A stretch of 64,000 bases of DNA from Cladosporium halotolerans. Lineage: Eukaryota. Below the pieces are notes generated by a model. The model did not search any database. It was not told the DNA's origin and saw only the letters and a program-made list of their open reading frames with translations. The position numbers were made by a program, and so were the translations under genes. Of the stretch, positions 12,801 to 21,711 are shown piece after piece. The stretch spans positions 434,001 to 498,000 of the forward strand of contig NW_027191459.1 of assembly GCF_011745625.1 (NCBI RefSeq), in the 5' to 3' direction. Positions within the stretch are counted from its first letter, which is position 1; each line of letters starts with the position of its first letter.

Positions 12801-12873
12801 CTGTGGAAGTTGTCGCATTGCCACTCGCGATGGCTGTCTTGACAGCTTGCGCCTGATCCTGCGGCGAGCCCAT
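6826..12873 (-). CDS. ESP1: Separase (separin; Esp1/Cut1/BimB), peptidase C50
   Basis: 2015-aa ORF. The C-terminal protease domain has WWNEREALD, FPWENLP, YILNPSSDL, catalytic His in YFGHGAG, catalytic Cys in LMGCSS, LWDVTDKDIDRF and YLNGAAPVVYGVP. Confidence 0.96.
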   Translation of the reverse strand: MGSPQDQAQAVKTAIASGNATTSTVTTLQSLLSAEPKTKDCAKTKTIQAGKRPASAANVGAKSAKTGSRARTGTNPIEVHKDGNQLLAPKERYSLATEVVNITLKQLADALKSRPKLESRQSSDHTNTQSTPVTPRQLGRTASSASQRALQPRSENASPQKVRCGEEKPSRQITTAITGPVPHVLHTGECSRLAFSFLRSVNTKQLGVRELPPLQLENGMLALVGKLMSHGLDSLAIKELRILKGRLEAVGKPKPAVPPEKETLAGLLHLKADFEQQRSVLPLAITYQSLVLRAITSSSKPATIEASAELLDPSQPSSPIKLIDFQNAVHDDKAKTGRLLEALSSTILGMCPSLSSKADATAVNREICPAPEAVIRLQSLGLQIRKQWWEMVGHEADLEREMFDPVLRCISAFIRRSRERRSPSQVYETVNNCFGDIISDNGSKDSKALLSIQRTLSSLAEEAGEDAHARKWSDALAEQCETLETNHAQRIAAVVKRVARLDTKESPVLIGELLEGLQSKMCGSTSDYEFLLAELSRLHKKPPSSFEDLDQFQKLTSLSVAFALRFVRSYPGRGLSAARCIIHSALQRSTSSESSISWISNETIEILIQTGALASITPSVACKPSHFAWASSSDGIILERALRLLMTRTITSGSDRGSANNFYDDKALGNLERGLLLECQLKNATEYAAKSRHHKILRSLLPQLIQQLHEVYAPSEHPLRRANLAVHVLRMCDEHPHLFPMDFASDWVETPFNLEKLAKDEGLREYASDIEAAFTLAKILNKGNPSMRNLQPVLKTWQGLLYGISSHTELEEKIFDPETLTMSLRSIAAFFGSLGEDTHRLPVLSLISKIIACQPPNSTESVEASVQIAKQWLSLGFSEKAGSVLAQSEAQAASASTATLTKIEWHLAYAEYLLSIDNLDSCKSSLQAAASLRNDLQPKGVQRAQRGAYERAHGEGWLVQSLYKLACGEPHESLAAAKHAVKIVNSAWCRLEKGQTPDASQVEEEVAEPAENEVTKLTTGVSKLRLSPKDGAKVAPTATKGAAFWPLVPLLCKSLTHLSDMYAHHGLFSEANYYSCKAAETAESVGSSVLLSRIRSHRAVFLSLAGKVEEAELCLVSSEATDLCSAPLASVERLQAQAAVRVKDGSPEEAAEHYDEALKLLSNMETECFKSKMESLCGPVETDGPASRPAKASSTTPAKTGRSTARSGKTGKKTTQVPKKSSTQSKKVVHDEALPYLAQKRKAIIVFHRAMLGVEEGKGEKEISESIAPMTAASWKLKERHTHYNRLMATATREMQTDFAYNILLDSTLSFPALLRPAESDSKTETAPASKKAVSTKPKGRAGPRKTTAKSSFKDTLIEARNCLLSGHTSISQHLSTAETHNEAGKLLDVSILCSSVDGTAVEANPFPTQAALALDFSRINALNFERTASIVDASHEHRNTPFEWPTFEASTHEPQLNTATFQEEYINTIPKPWTAISLYLDEACTSLYVARYRANHTPFIVRLPFSRHQDEEIGDEVFDYAAGKEELREIIQLSNASCHSNGDLSAKGAKSNWWNEREALDRRLQELLINVEEMWFGGFKGVFSPRVRQPELLARFRASFEAALDRHLPSRQAAKGRGAKLALDHNVLELFINLGSDNDGTVDLDEPISDLLYFVVDMLQFNGERNAYDEVDFDEMTVEVLDALRSYHEASEAQDDESQHIVLVLDKRLQAFPWENLPCLEGISVSRVGSMLSLRDCIASMRAQIDAEGRHLVSRKSGAYILNPSSDLTSTQTVLEPALSKAAAVDGADWSSVVNKAPSEDDFKAALEKAAMTLYFGHGAGSQYIRPRAIKKLESCSEVVWLMGCSSGAVTEYGELEPQAVPLAYLNAGHRSASAASQEDLEQKSRCLAVVATLWDVTDKDIDRFSLTVGEEWGLWAPPAEPSKLPSKTPKKRERLVAPSTPQQVPKTPKTPRTKKTPSGAKTPARSRSRSKAKDQDSQASLPGAVAKSRDACYLRYLNGAAPVVYGVPVYLGD

Positions 12874-13110
12874 CTCTGCAGAATTCTATTCCTTACAGCA
12901 TGCGTGTTTCCCCTTTCATGTCGTCCAGTGTATGCAGGTTCCAGCCTATCATCGTCGTGAAGTCTGGAAAAGGTGTCTAGCCCCAGATCAACAAACAAAC
13001 ACAGCGCAAGCCGGCGTGCAACGGTGGACGGTCCGAAAGCTTCGACCACCCGCTTTTAGCTTGCAGGCCAGTGAGGCCCTTGAAGACCGTCGCAAGAACA
13101 CCACAATAAA

Positions 13111-13734
13111 ATGGCACCATCCCGAGCACTCCGGCAGACTCTCAGCACTTGCTCATCATGCGCGAGACTACCGTTTACTCCACATAGGAGCTTTGCGACT
13201 TCTGGACTACTATACAATGAGGGCTCACACCTACCCCGAGTCGCCGACCCCTCATTATGGCGCTCGCTCGTTCCTAAGGCCCTAAGACGCGATGGCGGTG
13301 ACGACTCGGGTGCCAAAAAGCCTCGATCGAAAGAATGGAACCCGGCTACTATCTTTATTGTACTTGGCATACTTGTGGGATCAAATGCGATCAATATCCT
13401 GGCGCTTAGAAGGGAGATGGTCAACTTCAGCCGAAAGACGGAAGCGAAGTTGGCGGGCTTGCGCGAAGTCCTACAGCGTGTCAAAAACGGGGAGGACGTG
13501 GACGTGGAACGGATGTTGGGGACTGGTAATCCACAGCAAGAGAAGGAGTGGGAAGATGTGATGAACGAGATTGAGAAGACCGATACGATGGCCGAAGCCA
13601 AGAGGAAGCGCGAAGTGAAAGCCGCTGAGAAGGAGGCCGCAAAACTTGCAGAGCTAGATGCGGCCAAGATGCGATCTTCAGAGAAAGGCGGACCTGACGG
13701 GGCTAGCAGTGGAAAGCCAAGGTTCATGATGTGA
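13111..13734 (+). CDS. Conserved fungal mitochondrial membrane protein (DUF5321-like)
   Basis: 207 aa with a presequence-like N-terminus, WNPATIFIVLGILVGSNAI transmembrane segment, and LREVLQRVKNGEDVDVERMLGTG...EKEWEDV. Confidence 0.7.
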   Translation: MAPSRALRQTLSTCSSCARLPFTPHRSFATSGLLYNEGSHLPRVADPSLWRSLVPKALRRDGGDDSGAKKPRSKEWNPATIFIVLGILVGSNAINILALRREMVNFSRKTEAKLAGLREVLQRVKNGEDVDVERMLGTGNPQQEKEWEDVMNEIEKTDTMAEAKRKREVKAAEKEAAKLAELDAAKMRSSEKGGPDGASSGKPRFMM

Positions 13735-14434
13735 GCGCTGTCAATCCGAAGAGCTTCTTTCTGGGATTTGAGCCGACGACACTACATCATCTCGAGCACT
13801 CACTGGTGCTGCCTCAGTCTCTCCAGTGCACGGCTAGCGCTCTAAATCATGCTGCTTCAACAGTTCAGAGCGAGCAGATAGCACTGAGAGTCAATGAGAT
13901 ATTCACGACTCTCAGTGCGGTTCCGGTCATTTTCAATGGCATCTGAAGCCGCTCAGCTTCATCCAGCGAAAAACAAGCACAGACAGAGGCGGCACTACAC
14001 TCTGGCGATCATGTCGAGCCGCTACTGCGTGCTTGCTCACCTTTTTTGGCGCCAATCTGTTCAGTATATTTTTGCTTCACACACATGTCTGTAATAGTAT
14101 ATCAGCCTTTGCGATGATTGTCACGGATCCTGTTCGTATGATTAAACTGGAATACACCTCAAGATTGAGTGGCATGTGCCTTCACAATAGTTGTGCAGCA
14201 GTGATGCAACCTGGGAAGCCATAGCGGAAGCACCCGAGACACCCAACGCGCGCGCTTTCCCCTTGCGCTGGCCGTGCGCGCGTTGCGACTTCCCAAACTT
14301 TCCAGCTACATCAGCCTCGTCACAACCTCACCACCACAACCCATCCATCCACCTCCCCACCACCCTCATCACACCCGCCAACAGCGCGTGTGTGCCACTT
14401 TCCTTAACCTCATCTCCTTCAAATCCTGCCCACC

Positions 14435-15621
14435 ATGGCCGACATGGACACTTACGACAACGAGCCGCGCACCTACGACGGTATGGACTACACCTACTAC
14501 GAGCCACACGCCCGCCGTCGCATCCGCTCCTACGCCGATCTCGCCGAATCCTATCATTCGAGTTCCGATCCGTGGTTCCGCTCAAGTGAGGGTGAATTCA
14601 ACATCAATCCTCACTGCGGCCGACGCGCATGCGCTTTCTACAAACGGGGACACCAACTAACGTCCGACAGACTACCCGCGCGGCGGTGAGCGCTCCCGCT
14701 CTCGCTCTCCCGGCGCCGACCGTGATGGCGACACTCGCATCCGCGACGACCCTTACAATGGCCGCAGCGAGCGGTCAGTATCCACCAGACCCACTCCAGC
14801 TGGAGCTGAACTGACATTTGTGCAGTGATGTTCCCCCGCCGCGCCAGAACGGCGGCGAGCGTGGCGGCGACAACAGCGAGGTCAACCCTGGCTCCAACCT
14901 CTTCGTCACTGGCATCCATCCCCGTCTGACCGAGGAGGAGATCACTGTTCTTTTCGAGAAGCACGGCAGAGTTGAGAAGTGCAACATTATGCGTGATCCA
15001 CACACTCGCGAGAGCCGTGGCTTTGGCTTCGTCAAGATGGTCGCTTCTGAGGATGCCGATGCCGCAAAGGATGCCTTGCAGGGTGAGGTCTATGAGGGCA
15101 GGACTCTCAGCATCGAGAAGGCTAGGCGTGCGCGTCCCAGGACCCCGACTCCCGGCAAGTACTTCGGACCGCCGAAGCGCGACGACCGTCCCCCGCGTGG
15201 TGGCGGTTACAGGGACCGCTACGACGTAAGACATCCCACCCAAGCTTGCACGCGAAAATCCTTACTCACACATCTCGCAGGATCGCGGCTACGGCAGGCG
15301 CTACGACGACCGTGGCCCGCGCGGCCCTCCCAGGGACCGTTACGACGTACGTCCTTGCCAAGTTCAATCTACATGGGCTATGCTGACATGAAATAGGACC
15401 GTGGCTATGGACGCCGCTACGACGATGGCCCGCGTGGTGATCGCTACCGTGATGACCGCTATGGCGACCGCGGTGACCGCGGCGGTGACCGTCGTGGAGG
15501 CTATGGCTACGACAGGCCTCCGCGTGGCCCGCCCGCCGAGAGGAGCGGCTATGGCGCGGAGCCCTCTGGCGGCGCGCCTCCGCCGGCCCGCGACTACGAC
15601 GACCGTCGCCGCTACGACTAG
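14435..15621 (+). CDS. Transformer-2/SR-like RRM RNA-binding protein (exons 14435-14480 or 14435-14585, 14671-14773, 14826-15225, 15281-15346, 15397-15621)
   Basis: RS stretch (ERSRSRSP), RRM with NLFVTGI and RGFGFV, the Tra2-type linker RARPRTPTPGKYFG, and an RD/RGY-rich tail. All four introns are GT...CTRAC-like...AG and keep the frame to TAG at 15619-15621. Confidence 0.88.
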
Positions 15622-17354
15622 GCGTCTGTGCGTGGGTAGCGTCGCGATTTGCATTCACTGACAGAGCAGGCAAATTGCGACGAGTCTTGCACGAGGACCT
15701 CAAAGAACAGCAGGTGCTTTCAGATTGCGAATGGTGCAGCAGACAGACGACGGCTGCGACATTCCCTCCGTGTACTACTACAGCTTCCTTCTTCCTGGTG
15801 CGACTACATGTTTTAATTGCACGCCGCAGACCATGTTGCGGCAAACGGGCTTGAATTACCCTGGCGACGGCGTTTGCGCGGGGCACCAGAATGACTATCG
15901 GTTTTGCGGCTTTTCGGCACTCAGTAGAAACGATCACTCAGCCTTCCTTTCCATATCCTCGCGCTTCTCTCGGCATTACACAGCTGCTGTCTTCAGCTCA
16001 GCCATACGTTCAGCCTTTGATGAACGACCGTCCCGGCCGCCTACCGGCATCTTTTCAGCTTTGCAACATCCGAGCACATCCCAAACACCAGTATCTATTC
16101 GTCATCCGTCCCGCGTCCGCCTTTCCACGTAGTCTCCAACCTTCGCCTGCAGTTCGATTCGACAGCCTTCACCCGCACATCGCCTACCCTCCAGATATGT
16201 CTTACCTGCAGATTCGCTACCTTTCCGCCTTCCACTCCAGAGCCCGGCTACGCATGACATGTAGGTTTGCCCATGTCTTGAGCTTCAGTCTGACAATCGT
16301 GCAGGTTCCGTATATCAGTCCCGTTCCTAACACCATCCACGTAATCGCATCTCATGCAAGATCGTGCTCCCCTTTCAACCTCATACAGGGACTGTCTCAG
16401 CATTCATCGATTCTTTTCGTTTAGAAATGGTCACTGCAAGTAAAAGTACATCCGCGTAGACGCCTCCACTGGCTTGTCCACAGTCAAGATGAACTGTCAC
16501 AGCCCGTGCCTGTAAGTTATTCACCGCAGACAAGCGGTAATTTTCACTACGTCCTATACTTTTGCTGTTATTATGAAATTATCAGAAAGCTCAACGGCAT
16601 CGATCATTCGCTCGATTCCCTCTTGTTTTGCCCTTCAACTACTTTCGCCTGTATTATATGACGTCCACATTGTCCATAGAGATTACACCAATTCTTTTGC
16701 AGATGTGGGGTGCTCGCTGATAAGACTGCTTACCAATGGAAGCCGAAGCTTTCTGAGAAACTGCGTCGATCGCGTCGTGTGCCGGTCTTCGTGGTCTAGC
16801 GTTCGCACGCGGCCTCCAGTCGTCCCCGCGTCCGGTTGAAATGCCGGGTCAATCCAGGCCGAGCGGGGTTTGGTCTTGACGGCATCGCATGAATCTTCAG
16901 GTTGCCGTGCTTGCCTAGTGCATTGCATCGATCGTTTCGGGATCGGATGCTTATTCATGGAGAAAACAACATGCGCTGCACTCGCACCTCAATTTACATT
17001 AACGATCATGCACGCTTGCTGGCTACTAGAGCTTTCGTCGCTGGAATGCGTTTCCGATGACCCGATTGGTATGGGCCAATGTCACGGAAGGGAGAATCTA
17101 TTGGACAAAGCAGAGTAGGCTGTGTAACCCTTGCCTTCGATTTGTTCCCCTCCTCCCTCGTCAGCCCTAAAATGTGGGAAACGTCACTCCGCGGCACGTA
17201 GCTGAAGTCAATAGTGCTTTGACATTTCTGCTAGTCTTCCCTCGCCGTCATGCCGGGACCCCGCTGCATACCGTGAGTACTTTAAGCATTATGGGTGCCC
17301 GCCAAACTTGGTCATCCGGTGCAAAAACCATCCTTTCTTCAGTGCTCGCCAGTC

Positions 17355-19165
17355 ATGGGGATAACGCCCTTCCCATTCGCCACATTGGCGCTCGCCTCAA
17401 CCGCCTTCGCTCAATTCTCCACAAACACCTCTGGCAGCCCTGTGGTCGATCTAGGCTATGCTCAATACAGAGGAAATACGTCTTTCAGAGCGAACTTCAG
17501 CACCGACGTATACTATGGCATTCGTTTTGCCCAGGCACCAATCGGCGAGCTTCGCTGGCAGCCGCCCCAGAATATCGAAGCACACAACGACTACGATCCC
17601 AGCCAAGTGATGGACGCCGAAGCACCCAGCCCATCTTGCGTCCAAGGAACGCCCGCCTGGCAATTGCAAGCTAATGACACTGGTCCTGTTCCTGTGACCG
17701 GGCAGGAGGACTGTCTCTTGTTGGACGTGTACGTTCCCGAGGAGCCTCAGTCTTCTTCATTGCCCGTGCTTGTGAACATCCACGGAGGTGGCTATACCCA
17801 AGGCAGTGCTTACGGCAACGCTTGGCAGGCGCTCGTCAATGCTTCTGGCGGATCGTTCATTTACGTCTCAACTCAGTACCGACTTGGTGCCTATGGATTC
17901 CTGTCTAGCTCTGAAGTTCGCGAGAATGGTGCAGCTAACGCTGGTTTGCTGGATCAACGATCGGCTCTTGATTGGGTTCAGCGGAACATCAGGGCATTCG
18001 GTGGCGACCCTGCTAAAGTCACCATTATTGGAGGAAGTGCTGGTGGTGGTTCTGGTATGGCTATCAAGTCAATCAGCTTGGGCGTACGATACTGACAAAA
18101 CGACAGTCATGGACCAAATGATCATGTATGGTGGTGTTTCAAGCCCGCCATTCAGAGCTGTCATTGCCGAGTATCCATGGTGGCAACCGTAAGTTGCAAG
18201 TATCATTTCGACAACACGAGCATCTGCTGATTCACTGACTGTAGGTTTCACAACAAAACTATCCTGGAAGGACAATATCGTGACCTGCTGAGTGCCGCTG
18301 GTTGCAGTAACATCCAATGTCTTCGCAGGCTGAACGAGAGTGCCCTTCAGACTGCTACACAAAAGACCTACATTGATGCATACAGGACCCAGCCGATGGG
18401 CATCTACGGTTTTGGTGACTTCTACTACGGACCTTCCGTCGATGGAGATATCATCCGCGATCTCCCAAGTAATGAGTGGAAGCAAGGACATTTCAGCAAA
18501 GTACCACTACTCGTCGACCGAAACGGCTACGAGGGCTTCTATTTCAGCAACCAGAGCGAACTTACTACGGAGGGCACAACGATGGATTTGCAAGAGCTCT
18601 TCCCATACGCCAAGCAGTCTTTCTTCGACCGCCTCTACCAACTGTATCCGATGGATTCGTTCAATAGCACGTTCTGGCAGAGGCAGACGCTCTTTGGTGA
18701 CTTCATCATCAACTGTCCGACCTACTACATGGCAAGCGCTATGGCCGATATGGGAATCCCCACCTACAAGCTCATCTTCAACGCCGGCACCCAAAAGCAC
18801 GGAGCCACCGGAGCTTTCATCACCGACCCCAATGATTCACCTAGTAAGCTTGGCTCTTCTTTCGCACCATGATCATTCTATACATGCTGACCAGGCCACC
18901 AGACGTCAACACCACCATCGCCGAGTACATGAAAGACTGGTTCATCTCTTTCATCACCGATCTTGACCCGAACGCCAACTCCTACTACGGTCTTACCGAC
19001 AAGCCCGTGTGGCCGCCTTACAACCCCAGACTTGGTAGTGAAGACAGTACGCCGGAATTTGCTGTCATGGACGTGAACTACACGCAGATCGGCGCCATCC
19101 CTGATCTGGATGTTTCGGCGCAGTGTGATTTCTTCCACTCCAGCTCGTACGATGTGAGGAACTAG
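17355..19165 (+). CDS. Secreted type-B carboxylesterase/lipase (exons 17355-18054, 18107-18188, 18245-18843, 18903-19165)
   Basis: Signal peptide (MGITPFPFATLALASTAFA), EDCLLLDVY, oxyanion HGGG, YRLGAYGFL, nucleophile motif GGSAGG, and three frame-consistent GT-AG introns. Confidence 0.92.
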
Positions 19166-19403
19166 AGAATACATGAACCCTGGGTTTTACCAACACACTC
19201 ATTGAAGCTATGAAACAAATTAGATGCAAGTCCAAAACTCTATACAAAATCTAATGCCTTTGTACACCTCGAAAACACCAGGTACACCTTAACAGAAACT
19301 TCCCACAAATCGCTGCACGCTCTCATGCCTCTTCAATGCGCCTATCAATGCTGATGCCGTCCCAGACTCCGTTCACCATCTAGTACTGGAAATCCTCAAT
19401 CCA

Positions 19404-19900
19404 TCAAGCTGGAATCTTCTGGCTCCACGCTTCTGTATCAATCGAGCTCTTCCTGCTCATCTTATGCGAAGGCGCGGCCTTCTTCGGCTTGGGATTCTTT
19501 ACGCCATTGCTGGCATTGATCATCGCCTTCATAGCGAAAGGCCAACCAACTACTCCGAAGTCAGTATCGGCTCAATCATAGGCCTCCTCGATGGATCTCA
19601 ACTTACAGAATCCAACCATGAGCGGCACGAACATCGATCCCGCGCGCCCTAGTCGTCTGAAGTAGTACGAGGCTCCGGGCAGGTCGTGCGCCTTGAGGTA
19701 TCTGGGCATGCGGCCGATGGGGTGTGCTTCGCGGAAGACACTGGCGAATCGGTGCCAAGAGGAGAGGACTCTGACGGGCGCCTTGGCCGCGGTGGACTGT
19801 GTGGCCAGACGGCGTCAGTACGGCGGGGACTCGAGGCCAGCGCGGTGGTCCGCAGGGCTTGGAGGGAGGGGAGGCAACGTACTGCTGCGAGGGTTGCCAT
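19404..19900 (-). CDS. 117-aa small single-pass protein, probably mitochondrial, Cox26-like (exons 19900-19883, 19796-19607, 19549-19404)
   Basis: Not in the ORF track. Two canonical introns (GTACGT...CTGAC...CAG; GTAAGT...CTGAC...TAG) give MATLAASTAAKAPVRVLSSWHRFASVFREAHPIGRMP...RRLGRAGSMFVPLMVGFFGWPFAMK...KIPA*. Exon lengths are 18+190+146=354 nt. Confidence 0.75.
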
Positions 19901-21011
19901 GGGTTGTGGTGGTGTTCTGAGAGTGGTGGTGTATTTGTTGAGGCTTTTGCAGCTCTTGTTGATGCAGTTGGCACACTTGGGTTTGAGCGTTGTTGTTGAT
20001 TGGATTGCTTGGGGTGTCATGTGCGGATTGGATGTTGGGATGCTGAGGTATTGGTGTCACAGATACCTACATGGCAGGGGACATATATACGGGTCAGACG
20101 ACGAGGATAATATTGCCGCACGGGTTTACTGCTGTCAGAGTCTTATGGCCTGGCTTACGAACAATCTTCGTGTCGGAGCCGTCGACAGGAGAGGTTCGGA
20201 CGCGAGAGTAGGCGGGCTGCGAAACTCGTACCACAGGATCTCTACAGGTCCCATAAGCGTCAAGGGAAGCGGCATTGGTGCGGCACAGACGAGATGGAAC
20301 CGAGTGAGACCTTGGTAAGGCGCAACAGGAATAAGCCGAGTTAGCAGCACTCTTAATGGCCAGTTCGCAGGTGAAGTGAGAGGAATAATCACGAAGGATC
20401 ACTAACCCGGCCACAGGCAAGGCCCGACATCAAGCAAAGCGGTGATGGTTTGGCGACGGACTCGGTGGGATCCGAGCGGAGCGTGACTTGCGTGGAGAAA
20501 TGCGGCGGTATGGAGCTTCACGTCGGGACCGTCGGAGCCGTTCCCCGATCCTGCTATTCTCGACCTTTGAATTCAACAATGTTTCTCGCCGATACTTTGA
20601 ACAGCAAATCAATTGTGATATTTCTAAGGATCAACTGATGAGCTTGGTTAAATATCGCAGCGCTCACATGCTCAAGTAGATCCACAAGTCCGACACACGG
20701 TATAAGTATAAGTATCCAACAAACAACCACATCGAAATGCGTCAATCTCAGAAACTCCGCCAGAAGATGGACGACGCTGTCGTGCATCATAAGTACTGCA
20801 TTTACTTTACAGTCTTCGAGCTTGGCATACATTAGACCTTCGATCCAACCTCGAGGACCCCGTGTCGTGAATCCAAAAGTTCATCCAATGTCGAGGGCCT
20901 TGTATACAAAGCCGAGTTGCCCAATCACAAATTGAAAGTTGCTGCTGGTGACCTCTCCGTTGATCGGGAGAATCTCGATGGGTTCAGGTGACCAAAAAGC
21001 AAAAGGATAAA

Positions 21012-21084
21012 TGCCCTAAGACGGAGTCGAACCGGCGACCTCGTCATTACTAGTGACGCGCTCTACCAACTGAGCTATCAGGGC
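21012..21084 (-). tRNA. tRNA-Thr(AGT), intronless
   Basis: GCCCTGA/TTAGGGC acceptor stem, A box TAGCTCAGTTGG, anticodon arm CGTCA-CT-AGT-AA-TGACG, B box GGTTCGACTCC, and downstream oligo-T runs. Confidence 0.95.
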
Positions 21085-21711
21085 CGGGCATAGATGAGAA
21101 GATTGTTCGAAATCGAGCAACTCATGGGAACCAAAGCATCTGGTGCTGTATATATAACTCAATCAAAAACCCGTTTTAATCCCAGCTTCATGAAACTACG
21201 AACAGCATCCGGCGAGACCTGAAATTAAACCCTGCACAAAATATCACAGCATATCACCAGCCACTACAACACCCCACTTAAGACCCAGCACATGGACCGA
21301 CATAGTCGAAATTTTCCAAGCTTTTCATTGACAGAATTAGGTACAGTCCGAAGCAGACATCTCGCATGGTATCTTCTCGCAGCCAGATGGTAAATGTACA
21401 ACAGGCAAATCCTCTCATCATCCTCATTCGCATCGAGCGCGTCTCCTGTCCTGTGTTCTCCGCCGATCGCGGCCCTGCCATCCTGCGCAGACGAGCAATG
21501 TCTTGGTCGTCGTCGTGGCGGGCTTCGTGGTCACGTCGTCGCTCGTGGTTCGGTGTTTCTCTCGTGTATCTCGTCATTCCCGTTCACTTGCCCTTCGTCC
21601 GTTCCAGAGGGGGATCGGGGCGCGGGTCAGCCAGCCCGAAATGACTCCTTCAGTGACTTAGCTCTCTAGAGAGCCGTTATGGTGAATTTCAGCATGCTTC
21701 GTCACGAGAGC

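Noticed and set aside
14480..14670. Possible [D1,2] stwintron (G|GTATGG...CTCAAG|TGAGG)
   Set aside because: There is no branch point before 14586, and two-step excision would put exon 2 out of the RS/RRM frame. Alternative donors explain the sequence better.
15650..17300. ORFs of 90-220 aa between the Tra2-like and esterase genes
   Set aside because: No codon bias, consistent splice structure or domain. Treated as UTR or intergenic.
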